A stretch of 64,000 nucleotides of DNA, from positions 2,858,684 through 2,922,683 of the forward strand of contig CAJFCJ010000019.1 in the NCBI GenBank assembly GCA_904063045.1. Reading direction: 5' to 3'. A program made the position numbers and the translations under genes. The stretch comes from Dimorphilus gyrociliatus (taxonomy: Eukaryota; Animalia; Annelida). The notes beneath the pieces are model-generated. The model was not told the DNA's origin and did no database searches. It saw nothing but the letters and a program-made list of their open reading frames with translations. Each line of letters starts with the position of its first letter. Positions within the stretch are counted from its first letter, which is position 1. This document shows positions 48,478 through 61,191 of this stretch, one piece after another.

Positions 48478-51231
48478 AACCTTTTTTATGTCATTCGGAA
48501 ATGGTTGTTTGTAAATAGGTCGTGTCAAACGTCCGCTGCGATTAAAGTAACTTGATGCTGGAACAGCAGAACTCCTTCGAAATAGGTGGATAAACACCGT
48601 TTCACCTCATGCACACGCAATAGTTTGCAAACGACATTATTACGTTCTCCGTTTACTTAAAATCAAATATCGTACAATTAAGTATAGAGAAACGGGAAAA
48701 CGTTCAGTTTGAATTTGTCAAACAGCATATTTTTTTATATCTAAGTAAACTTCCTAATAAAATTAACAAATGAGTAACAAACCTTATTATTTGTTGACGT
48801 GATTGACAGAAAAAATTTATGATCGATCCAAGCGGATGAAACTCTTCCTAACTGAGCGGCATCCACGAGCACAATGACAACTTGTGAAGAAAGATTTAGT
48901 CACGTGACTAGCAGCGCTTGCCGCTGATTGGCCAACCAAGTATTACAAGGGAAGATAGCAATCTACAGACGATTAATTAAAGTAAATAAATTGAATATTT
49001 CCGAATTGAAGCGTCAACGACTTATCTAGAAGATAGGAACAACAGACAAGTAAAAAATGGACCTACAATTAAATGTAATCAACGAGCTAGACGGATTAAT
49101 TATTGAACATTTAGCCGCCAATTTGCAACGATTACATAATAAAGAAAAAAATCTTTGTGAACAAATCTGTTTTTAAGTCTGAGAGAAAGGTTTGCCTGTG
49201 CTGTAAGAATGTTTTTCAAAAATACGGCAAGTAAACAGGAATTGATGTCTCCTTTTTAACGTCACGGGAGCTTTTAGAGAGCTTTCGCGACGAAGGGAGT
49301 CGATTTTCTTGGATAGGGATCGTATTCTATTACACGTGACACGTTTAATGAATTCTGAGCGACAGAGTGAGAAACAGACGAACAATTCATATATTTTTTA
49401 CGAATTTAAAGAAAAAAAATGCGCAGGCAAAACAAACTCGATGAAGCATCGCTTGAAAGGAGTGCCCGTGAGGTCTTGAACATCGTTCTCAAATTTCATA
49501 AAACCCCCATTCACATGCCAAACTTCATCTCAACCAGTCACCTAAAGAGAGGGCGTCAATAAGACGCCGACACACTTCAAACGACTGCTGTTATACTATA
49601 CGTATACACTAGTTTACCCTTTCCATAAGGTTTCGAGCTATTCGAGTTTATAGTTTCATTTCTATTATAAACGAGTCTATATGCATTGCTATGATATGTG
49701 AACAAATGTATATTTACATAGCGGACGTATCCGCTGTCGAACGTGTGACAGGGCTCAAGTCGAAATACTGCAAAATAACGAAACTTACGTAACCCGTACG
49801 CGTCATCTTCTTTGTAATTGAAGGGATTAGGTGGTTTTTTTTAAATCTATACAGACCTTTTATAGGCCACCTGCTGTACGTCCCTTTATATGCCATCATG
49901 GCTTGAAATTTAAATAAGAGCCATGTACAACTTAACGTATATTTATTTGAAATTTCAATCATGTAACCTTTAGTACAACTAGTTATTAGATCAAACAAGA
50001 GAATGGTATAAATATCTTCACTTGATTGTATACTTTGCGAATATACATTGTTTGTTTCGGTCGTATATATATTGCTTTGAATAAATAAATAAGGAGAAGA
50101 TATGTAGATATATCAAATATTCCCAGATACTCATCTCATTTACTGATAAACTATGAGAATTTTGTGAATTCTTCATTAATGATTTTCATTTCATCTCGTA
50201 TTTGCATTCTATAAAGCAAGGTTTAAATCTATATTTTTCTGTATTATTGGACAGATATATTATTATGTACCTAGCAAATAGCCTATATATATTGTATATA
50301 GCCGAACGAAATTGTGTAATAGACTGGGATTAGGCGGCATTATTATATAAATAAACGCTTATTTGACACGATTTTGTTTAGATTTTCGAACCTTGCCTCG
50401 ATGCACTGAACGTAAACGAACGTAGCGAATGTCGTAATTGATTTAAATGCGTCTATATTTATGCAGACGTATAAACAAAAAACAAAAAAAATACCTCAGC
50501 CCGACACTATCGATGGATAGATACAAATGAGTCGATAAGACGCTCATTACCCCAGCGCTTTAAATTGGCGTTAAAGGATCAAATTTCCAAATTGCGAATA
50601 AAAGAGTATAGTCTTTGTGAAAAATGGAAAAAAAAAGAAATTATACGACTTACTTTACACCCGCATGGACTGGCGCCCGAATTTGAAATGACGTGGATCA
50701 AAACTAATCGTCTGGTCAAAAAAGCAGCATGAAGTGTTTGTCAATGTCTCTAATTACACTTAGATTCGATCTGCAATTCGTACTATCGGTTGTGAGTGAT
50801 CTAACATCAAAAGATGTAATAGGTGGAAACTTTCGATAATCCGAAATATATACTTGTACTTATTATACAAGTAAAAACTTCAATGGGCCATTCGATATGG
50901 AACTTCAGCTGTTCAAATACAAAAAGAGTCTGTCTTTTGAAGTTGGTCACAGAAGAAACGCTTTATAATCGCCTTGACGTAATCGACCCCTCCAACTTGC
51001 ATTACAATGGCAAACAGATGTTTGTCAAGATAGAAACTGAATAAACTAAACGGCATAGTGACGATAAACGATAGATAAGCGTTGATTGACGTCGAATATC
51101 GGTTTTCGGACGTCTACATATTATATTTACAAGCAGCTGCAAAACGTTTCGAGTGTTTAAGTGCGTACTAAATTACAAAAGTATTTTAATGCTTCTAATG
51201 CACTGATTACGAATGAACGTAAAAAACAAAC

Positions 51232-51613
51232 ATGAGAGTGTCTAAACACTTCAAAAGTTCCGTCCGATTTGGGCACGCAACCCTGGTTATGTCACTTTGT
51301 TCAGATAAGCTTACAATTACAACAGTAGCATCCGAACGTTATCCGGTGTTATCTGAAGAGAAAAAAGAGGACCGACCTAGGCCGAATAAGTTAGTAATTT
51401 TGACGGATAAAAGGCACAAGTAAACCAATTGTCAACCGAACAAATCCCTTTCGTGTTCTCTTCAAAAGGCCGTCGACCAGCAGCAATACTTTGATCGGTC
51501 AAATCACGATTGTAGCCTCTTACTGTTTCTCACTTTCAGCGTTAATTGGCGGAAAAAATTACAGAAAATGCTGGTTTTTTTTAAATTCGAAAGATCTGAA
51601 ACGCACGGCGTGA
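51232..51613 (+). CDS. Weak candidate two-exon small gene (~100 aa)
   Basis: The start context is good (AAACAAAC ATG). Exon 51232-51389 has a GTTAGT donor, a 79-nt intron follows, and the acceptor at 51468 keeps the frame open for ~48 further codons. No family was recognised and this could be chance. Confidence 0.25.
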
Positions 51614-53433
51614 TAGAACGTCAATATTGAAAATAGCACCGCCTCGAAATTGAACAGCAGGTTATGTTTTACGGTCCGTTTAATTCCAACCTCTAAATTG
51701 CGCATTCAGCTTCGCAATGACGTTGTAGAATGAGCTAATGCGAATTAAAGCTGTTTTTAACCCAATATAACTAAATTATTGGTGTTTTCAAAAAGTACCA
51801 ACCACAGAGCGCCGCCCGATAAAAAACTGACCATGGGCAATATTTTATGGACTAGAGACCATCTGTTTAAGATATACACTGTATACCTTTAAGCACGTAT
51901 ACATACACTGTATATATTTTTATCTCGTATTAAAACAGACATTTCACTAGACTTTCGTACTGCGGAAGCCTGAGAAACAGATTTCAGAACAGCGAATCTA
52001 TTCATATATTTAAAAATATCTAATACAGACGTATTTTATAAAAAATGAATATAAAATCTAGTTAAAGTGAATATAAATAGTTCGTACTGCTTCAAATTAT
52101 CAATAAGTTGAACTTTTTTCTGACCTCGACGTATGTAAAAACACGATCAAAAGACGTTTCAGAACGAACTCGTCAACTCCAAGTTATAAGCGTTTAAAAG
52201 TACTTTTTTTTCCGCTTGTTTCTTTTTCAATAATTTATGTATATACTTTTAATGCTGTACTTAACAAGGGTTGTTTGTTTATCGGCGTTATGCGGCTCAT
52301 CAATCACTCGGTCACTAGAAACTTTTAATTTTAATGGAAAGAAAAACGACCTTTCACGTTCGATTATCATCGTATATTATCTTTTGTAGGGGTAAACTTC
52401 AGAACGAACTAAGAGCACCTAATTTACTCTTCTATCTGAACATCCACGTAATCTGTTTTTCCTCAGAACCCAGCCAACTGTCCCTCTTTATGCTCTATTC
52501 AACCGCCCGTTCATAAAGAGCAGAAAATCGCCCCAACTCTGAGAAGCATTTGTCTTATATTTAGTGGGTAAAATTTCTATGAGAACTTGAGATGAATTTT
52601 TATTATTTTTACTATCTTCTTTAAAATTGACGCTCTCCGGATCTATTGACACAGCCGATTTCGAATGTATTTGAACAATTGAATTTTCTCCTACGACCGT
52701 TTTTAACAGTTTGATTGCTAAGCCTTTCTAAGCTCTTTTTTCCGCGATAATTGTGAGAACCAGTATTAAATTAATTTCTTCTCTTCTATAATTAAATCTC
52801 GCTAACGATCCATCTCGTTGTACGTTTATGTATATATGTATAGCTGCCAGGTGTTAAATGAAGACGCCTAAATAACAAAGAAGCGAATATTCTTCGGAAC
52901 AGTCCCGCATTTTCTAATTCTTTTAGCATAAATCATTTTTAATTAAACGAGAATTCGTCACGGCTCTTTTGACCCTCAGGCATCTTTTCCTCTTTCTCAC
53001 CAATTAAAGGCGCAATAGAAGCCTACCGAGATAAGTAATCGCCATCCTAAGTTGACAAAACCGGTCACAGTCGGCATAGAGTCGTCAATATTCTTTGATC
53101 ATTTTTTAGAAGAGATGGGTAATTAACGCGCTAAGGTTGCGTAACGCGTCCTTCGCCCTCAGGCAAACAGTCATTTGCAATACTCTTACACGAATCGATT
53201 GTATTGTCGCTTTTTTTCCTTTCTTTTTCTTAAAACGGCCAAAAAAAAAAAATAAGTACAAATAAAATATTTTCCAGTAGAAAACTTATCTATAAAACTA
53301 CATATTAAGGACCGTATAAGCATATTAAATATATAAATCACATTTTTAAAACAACACCTTCAAGCAAAATAATAAAAAATAAATCATTATTTTACATATT
53401 TCTTGTTTTTTTTTTAGTCGGAACAAATGTCAT

Positions 53434-54744
53434 TTAGGCACTCAATCTTTTGTTAGGAACAGTAGTCGAACCATTTTTCAGGCAATCTCTAAGACGACGT
53501 AACGACGGAGCTAATGATTGAATTATATAGGTTGAAATTCCCGAGTGATTTGTCGAAGAGTACTTTGTATAGATGAATTTTGTTTGCACGAATTGTTCAT
53601 CAAGAAGCAACTCCAAAATAACGATAACCGTTGGTTTTAAATCATATTCTGATAAACCGCTTAATTTCTCCATATTGCTATTCCAAGTGGGTTCAATAGT
53701 TGGCAAAATTTTCCTCGTTATATACACCGCACAGGAGGAGCGGAGTAAATTATCCATGTCAGAAAGCTTATCTTCATACAAACTTAATTCGCAGATGTAA
53801 ATCGCCATTTGTTTATAAATTTTCATTAATCTTCCTTTTGGGAGGGTTAACTTAAGTAAAAATTCTGTAAAATCATTAGGAGTGGGTACAAATAAATCGA
53901 AATCGACGCTTTTTAAAATATCCATTTCTGTCTTACGGACAAACGATACATTTTTAATGAAATTACAGCGTTTAGCAACTGTGCGCATTGATAAATGTAC
54001 TTGTTCAACCGCCTTAATTGCCATGTTCAAGCAAATCGTGCCAACTAAAAGAACATTTCTCCATTCAGGATGAATCCACAAACGTTCAACAACTCGATCG
54101 TACAATGAAACAGCTATGAAAAATGTTTCATCTTCATATGGTGGAAGTTTCATCTGTAAATCACACATTGAGTTTAAGACATGCTCCCGATACTTGGCTA
54201 ATTCTGCTCTGCATTCATCAGCATCGGAAAAGGAAATTTTGGAGCCTAGCGTTTTTTCCTTCTTCTTAAGATATTTAAAGATATCTAATTCCAAATCGGC
54301 ATCTTCATACCCATTAGAAACCAGACACCTAATTATCTGCCTTTCGCTATTCGAACGCGACCACTTACGTTTTACAGGCTTAAACAAGTTATTAACTAAT
54401 TCTGGATTTCCCCTTTGGGTATTGTAGAAAACATCATCTTCTAAATCGATTGTAGATGACGATTCATCGCAGGGTGTCGTCAAGCTCACACGAGAAATTG
54501 AGTTGGTTAAATCTGTTAAAGCTCTTCTCTTGTCTGTTTATTCAAGAAAACATATAGAAGGGGATTTGAAATGGAAGACGGAGTATAATGTATACGTACT
54601 AATTCCCGATGGCTTACCCTCTGGACCGTTTCCAATCCCCTTGCTGTCGGTAAATATTTGCAAACTTTTAACAGTATTCATTACTCAAATAAATCGTACT
54701 TACGAGCGATTTTCAATGTTAGACATACGCTGAATTTTCTTCAT
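53434..54744 (-). CDS. Divergent A/B-type cyclin with an N-terminal destruction box (~388 aa)
   Basis: Exons 54744-54704, 54643-54618 (alternative acceptor at 54664) and 54533-53434. D-box RRALTDLTN. Cyclin folds: ETFFIAVSLYDR, LLVGTICLNMAIK, TEMDILKSVDFDLFVPTPNDF, AIYICELSL, SCAVYITRK, WNSNMEKLSG, KYSST. Confidence 0.9.
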
Positions 54745-55530
54745 TTTCTTGCCTTAGAAGGGACTACTTCAATATATTTTACCTATGCTATTACTTGCTA
54801 AATACAATAAAACGTTAGTTAACGTTTCGATAGATATGTTTTTCACAGCCTACCTCGTTAAAAAACTCGTCAACACGAAATCTGGCACAAAGAAATAATT
54901 ACGAGTGGATCTGTTATATTTTGTCGCCGGATTTTTAGACCATTAAGCGAGCAATAAACGTGTCATCCAAAATAAGCGGGCCCATTCATTCACCGATCAT
55001 TGCAACGAATAATTTGCTTGGTCTAATAACGGCAATCCTACGAATTATTTTCAAAAAACCGATTTTGCGACCGTCATTTACGGCTTGATCGTAATTACTC
55101 AACGCTTCAAAACCGTAGCGAACTATGCGGTTTACGTAACTCTCGAGTACTTAGTTCAGTTTGAAATAGAGGTCAACCGGGGCCTGTGGCGTAGAACACG
55201 CGTCATCTCTACCACCCACTTGGATGACGTCAGCCGTCGTGCTGTGACGTCATCATTGTGCAGATAACATTGGCGGTGAACGCATGTAATTTACATAGTT
55301 TTTTTTCATTTCGACCCAGGTGCATTCGTGCTCGCCGTTGATTAAAAATCGCTCCTAGCTCATCAGAACTCTCCAATAGGGGGCAGTATGTGACACATAC
55401 ATAAGAATAATTTAAGCGACATCTCGTGGTGAAAATTAGACTTTATTAAAAACTTTTAAACTGATCAGTTAATTGTGAGGTTATACATTACAAAATCTAA
55501 ATAATGTCCTTTTATTATTTCCATGGAAGT

Positions 55531-56346
55531 CTAAAATCCATGCATAAGTTTCTCGTGTACTATTTGTCCCAAATCGGATTGGCTATCGAAGACCTCATCT
55601 TCAGAGACATCCACATATTTAGAGCAACTTGATGGAGGAGTAAAAACTCTAGCCGATTTTATTCCTGGAGTAATGTTGAAGAAGGAAAATCCGTTAGCTG
55701 CAGATCCTCTCTTCGACTTGACTCCAACAGCTCCGCTTACTGGGATGCACAATTTAGAGGTGAAAGTAAGCATATATGCACCCGCCATTCTCTTAGAATG
55801 GAAACTACCACCGAATGCATTAACTTTCAAACTGTCACTTGCGGCTCCAAGGATTGGGCTGCTGAGATATGATGCATTCTGAGGAACGCAATATTTATGC
55901 ATAGATTGCTTGAGAGAAAAGGTTTTACATTTGTTTCCTGCATAAATAACGTATCCCTTCTTGGACTTAAAGTTAGCGATCATGGTAAAATTCATTTTTC
56001 TATGGTGGGATGTTGCAACGAACTCAGTGTAAGCCAGTCTTTTTCCTTTGAAATCGTAATGAAAGTGGTAGAATTCAGAGAAGAGAATACGTTTTCTTCC
56101 ATGGTGAGAACCTTTTTTTGCAGCTCCGTGTCCAGCTCCATAACCTTCCCATTGATCAGGGGTACAACAAGCTTTTGGCTTGTAATAGATATCGTCTTCT
56201 ATGTCGTCATCGGGTATAGGTGGGTTGTAAAGGGGTATTTGGGCATTTTCGGCCTCTGGGTCGACGTATGCCAACATTTGTTCCATGTCAAAAGCCGAAA
56301 CGGCTGCAACAGCAATAGCTAAGAGAAACAGCTTCATATTTTTCAT
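55531..56346 (-). CDS. EPDR: Ependymin-related protein (secreted/lysosomal), intronless, 271 aa
   Basis: Signal peptide MKLFLLAIAVAAVSA. The family pattern is present: PKACCTPDQWEG...YDFKGKR...C...L...CVPQNA.Y.....LG...W/F...TFT..LCIPV...F.N.T.GI....VF.PP..C. Confidence 0.9.
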   Translation of the reverse strand: MKNMKLFLLAIAVAAVSAFDMEQMLAYVDPEAENAQIPLYNPPIPDDDIEDDIYYKPKACCTPDQWEGYGAGHGAAKKGSHHGRKRILFSEFYHFHYDFKGKRLAYTEFVATSHHRKMNFTMIANFKSKKGYVIYAGNKCKTFSLKQSMHKYCVPQNASYLSSPILGAASDSLKVNAFGGSFHSKRMAGAYMLTFTSKLCIPVSGAVGVKSKRGSAANGFSFFNITPGIKSARVFTPPSSCSKYVDVSEDEVFDSQSDLGQIVHEKLMHGF

Positions 56347-56381
56347 TTGTTCTCTCCAGACAATTTGGTGAAAATAAGGTA

Positions 56382-56387
56382 TTTATA
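56382..56387 (-). promoter_or_regulatory. TATA box candidate for the ependymin-related gene
   Basis: TATAAA on the minus strand ~36 nt upstream of the ATG at 56346. Confidence 0.4.
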
Positions 56388-57045
56388 CTTAAACTGGTCT
56401 ATTGTCAGCTGGGTAAATAATATGGTATAGTGTTCTCTGACATACGCTTCTGCAATTATTATCGACTGGGAATGGCAGCTTTCTGTTGTAAAACGCCTTA
56501 TGATTGGCTAACCGGCGGCATAATAATAAATATTAATTTTCTAGCAATCATGTGATAGAAGGTGATTTACTAGAACGTCTAGCTAGCCCTATTACAATGA
56601 TTCATAGTCAGACGACATGTCTTGAAAAGAGAAAATCTACTTTTCTCTGGAAATTTACAAACATAAAAAGGTCTAGGATTTGTTTTTATAAAGCAATTCA
56701 AAAGAGAAAGATGAACATTTATTTAGCAAATAAAATTCGAAATGTCACCGTTTCCTGACAAGCTAAAAGACGAGTTGACTATTTTAAATATCTTTTAACA
56801 TTGAAATAGTTATTAGTGTATTAGGCAATACATTTATATAGTGTTTAAATGTGTAGATATCTATTTATAAGTTTTACAGTATTATCTTCTTAAGTGCAAT
56901 AATTATGAAAGTGAATGTTATCCTCGAGATAAACTATATTTAGTTTACGTTAACCTAAATCCTAGATATAAAGTATTGCATTATTTATAAATAGCACATT
57001 TGAAATATATTTTCACTATGAGACCATAGAAACTATATTAATATC

Positions 57046-57070
57046 ATTATTATTATTATTATTATTATTA
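57046..57070. repeat. (ATT)8 microsatellite
   Basis: A perfect ATT x8 run is seen directly. Confidence 0.9.
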
Positions 57071-59017
57071 TATACTTCTAATTTATTTATAGATTATGAT
57101 GCAAAAACCAAAACAAGAAACAATTGTTTCTAATATTTCGACATTATCATCTGGTTCTATCAAACAGACCCACTAGGTCAATATTCAATAGAGAAACGAG
57201 AGCCTATATCCTGTATGGGCTATGATAAAGTCGGTATTTTTCTTTTTTTGCCAAATAAGCTAATAGATAAAATTTTCCAGCTAGTAATCCTTCTATTTTT
57301 GATTAGGCTGTCTAATTTTTCAAAATACGAGATTATCAATAGAATTATCTTACAAATATAACTAGAGAGTTTATATCATAAAGGAAGTGTTTATTTTGAA
57401 AAGTTTAATATTCATATTATTGCTTTTTATCTATATCTCTTTAATATCAAATTAAGGGGTATATAAATCATCATTCATTTATTTATTAACATTATTCTAC
57501 AGCTTTTATATCGCTTTTTGTCCGGTTTCTATTAAAAACATATGATATTTATTATAAATACTATTTGCAGCATAAAAAATACATATTATATTAACATTTT
57601 GCATTCTTTTTGCCCCTATTTCATTAAATTTGAACAGTTTTTGAAGAAATAGATATATAGATTTTCTCATAGCCTACAGATAGGTTTTGGTTATGTTTTC
57701 ATATAGTCTGAATTTATTATTCTTCTTTTAATATTAGTAAAAATCACGTGGTGTAGGCCCTTCTTAGCTTCTTTATAAACTATTAAGTATTTAATCAGAC
57801 ATTCAATAACCTTAAACGAATCTAATAAGGTGTTGTATTTCTTTAAGTTTTCAAGACAAACTTTCTAGGGAATATATTTTATATTTGGGATTTAGAAAGT
57901 AATCTTTAATCTTTAAATATCCCATTGATTTGTAACCGTTCGGTTATTGAACGTTCAGCTTTATTAGACTATTGAAAACCAATCAAACTTTTTGTGCGAT
58001 TGAAATCACAACCGTATTATGCTAAGAGAAATCCGCCCCTTATCCTATAGATTTTTCTAAATTTCAGAATTATTCACAAAAAGTTTATTGATTCTTATTG
58101 ACCTTTCAATTTGTTACGAAAGAGAAGTGTGATAAAGGGAGACAAAATGTAATGTTACGTTAAATTAAACTATTTAACAACTAAGGTTAAGTAAAACACA
58201 AGAAAAGCGCCATCTATGGGATATGTAGCGTTACTTGTATATTTTATATTTAATTTTCAAAGCCAAGCTTCGAACTGTGCATATAGATCAATTATGTGCC
58301 AATCGAAACAAATTATACTGATCACTGAAACACTGTGCAGTCAATCGGAAATGGCCAAGACGTAATACTGATTTCGAAAAATGCTAACATTATTTTTATA
58401 TAAATTATTACAAATAATGCGATCGGGTGTAGCGTAATACAGGTGGCGCTGAATGAGGAGCTTTTTCGGTATTAGTTGACGCATCTTTTGAACTCTGTGC
58501 TTGAAAATCTGTAGTGAAAAGAAAAAAAAAAAGAATTGACGTAACAGATCAGTTCTCATTGATTGAATATCCTTAATCTGATTTATGAGATATAAAGTAC
58601 AATGGCAATATTTTCGAAAAAGAAAAAGTACTCAAAAAAAACTCTGTGAGTTATTAAGCATTTAAGGAGAGAAATAGCATTACATAAAGAAAAATATGTA
58701 CTAAAAGATCTTTTATAATTTTAACAAACAGTATTAAAAAACTTAAATAAAGTAAAATAAAAAAAAACTGTTAAACCATGCGTTGAATGGGCTTTTAATT
58801 ATTAAAATCTCAAAATTGTTCACCCCATACTCACAACTATATTACAAGCGTCATTCGTTCGAATCGTCTTTAGCAATTTCTATATTTAGAAATGAACATT
58901 TTCGAACTAATTTTTTTTTATATAGCCAAAATATTTCGGCATAAAAGCGTTAATAAACTAAAGTAAGTATATACACGTATATGCTAATAATGAGAGAATG
59001 GAATTTATATAATATTG

Positions 59018-60324
59018 TCATAAATCTTTTCAGTAATGTTATTGTACAAAGTTAAGTACAACAATTCGTTTCGTTTTGTGGATTATACTCTAAACTTACC
59101 CTCTTCTATAGGACTATGTCTTTTAGAATTTGCAGTCTGGATACGTGAAGTTTTTTTACTTTCTATTACTTCGTCCAATTTCAACCTGTTTGAACAATCA
59201 GTCTATTGTCTGAGCAAATCCAGACGTTTATAGTCATTACTAAATATACTGACCTATCTGATTTTTCGTCTCCGATTATACTACCTTCAATAGGCTGAGG
59301 AAGAAACACTTCAGACGGTTTATAATTGGTATAAGGGTTGTTGTATTCCTCTTTACTCCCCAGGACAGCTTGTATCATATTCAATACAAGAGCCTTTTCT
59401 GTTTTAGTATATATATATACAGTATATATATTAGATTAATTTTTTTCAAGTGAAAATGATAAAACAACCTCTGTCTCCAGCAGACACTAGCCAAGCTTGA
59501 ACAGAATTGATATCATCTGTTTGTAATATTTGGCAGAGCATCTGGAAGATTGCACTTTCTTTGTCGTTTTCTTCAACGATATGATCAAATCTATGGAATA
59601 AACGATCTTTTCTTGTGCCAGGTCGACTACTTGCAGGAATTATGCGACCTGTCTCTGTAGAGTATTGCGTCTTTACTCTCGTTCCCGGACGAGAACAATG
59701 ACTTTGTGGCTTTGACGTATTGGGAGTTTTCTGTCTTGAAGCCGTTGAACGAGCTGGAGAGGCTTTACCACTTCCAGTCTGATGTATTTGCGGTAAATTT
59801 TGTTTCGGAGCTACATTGTATGCAGCATCAGTTAAAGCCCTTAATTCGTCTCTCCAGGCTTCCGTTACTGGTACTAATCCAACATGCGGTACTGCTTTTT
59901 CCCTAAATACTCTCATATTCAAGTTTCCTCCTAAATGATGCTGTAATCCACTGATAGTATCAACCGTATACTTATACGGATCTTGAAATCTATCTGCATT
60001 TACGGGAATTTTCATTTTCTGTTGTTGAAAGTTATTGGGCGGGAAAGATAATTTATATCTTGGTGATGCAAAATAACCATCATCATTAACCGTGCAGATC
60101 GGAATATCCAACAAGCCAGGCATATGCCTCACTCTGCTTGGATGCGGGTTATGACGCGCGAAGAAAGAATTAAAGCTCAAGTTTCCGAATCGGGCTTGAC
60201 TTCCCGGCCTAGACAATCTTTCCATTCCTTGTTTCTTAAATGCTTCATCGACAAGGTTTTGTCTCAAATTTCCTCGTACTATTAATGGCCCATTTGTAGG
60301 CCGAAACACTTCGGAGTCGTTCAT
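59018..60324 (-). CDS. TBATA: TBATA/SPATIAL-family protein (~364 aa)
   Basis: Exons 60324-59469, 59398-59254, 59185-59100 and 59025-59018 (1095 nt). Motifs: RFGNLSFNSFFARHNPHPSRVRHMPGL...PICTVND, AWRDEL, QYSTETGRIIP, MLCQILQTD...VQAWLVSAGDREKALVL.MIQA. Confidence 0.82.
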
Positions 60325-61191
60325 TCCTTTTGTTGGTAAATAACTTGAATTACGACCGCTTCGTCTTATTGAAAGGCAAATATATGATCACTAACCTTAC
60401 TTCGAGTGTTCTATGTAAATATATTCGCGCTCTCTGAGTCCGTCTCGAATTCAAAGATTCGGCGTTGCTTGGTGACTTGCGTCACGTGATCACCTAGGGC
60501 GACGCTCTTTGAACGAAGCTAGGGAAATTTGTAACCTGCGAAAAAGTGAGTAGTGATTAAGCGATTTATGTATTTAAGTCCAAAGCGTCTATAATTGAAC
60601 TCCCTTTACAGCCTGTTCTAGCAATCGCTTAACATAAAGACCAGTATTTATATTCTGTATACTTTATATACATTTATATATAACTATATTATAAATACAC
60701 TATGCAGTATTAATTGTCTGATCGATATAACTAATAAGAAAGAGTGTATTCAAGCATTAACTGGATTTGCTCGTTAACGTTTGTCAATTTACATTGACTC
60801 TGTATTATTCTTTATTTTTCTAATCGATATTTAGACGTTTCATGAAGTGAAGGAATGGGGAAGATAGACAAAAAGAGAACATAACGCAGCTATAATTTTC
60901 ATCGATTTCAATAAATTCCATTACTGTACAGTCAACATTGATTCGCTTATTCGATTGAAAAGTCACGAAATCGACCGTAGGCGGCCGCTTTTATGAATTA
61001 ATCGCCTTTTTCTCCCTCACATTAGTTGTATATCTTCAAATAAGTACATATATAATATTTCGTAAATATTATGAATATTCAAAATTAAGTTATCACTTAA
61101 ATCTTCCAGATGGCGTATCTAATTACCCGTTCTGTATGAGTTTTCATATCGTTTAGTTATATTTTACCTTTATTCAATCGCTGTTAGAAAT

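Noticed and set aside
54665-54703. 39-nt intron in the cyclin gene
   Set aside because: A more canonical in-frame acceptor (TTACCGACAG, 54644) gives a 60-nt intron; the 39-nt form is kept only as an alternative.
59100-59254. Apparent frameshift or alternative donor in the TBATA 3' exons
   Set aside because: On recount the GTCAGT donor (59253) and CAG acceptor (59186) keep the frame through to the final exon, so no anomaly is needed.
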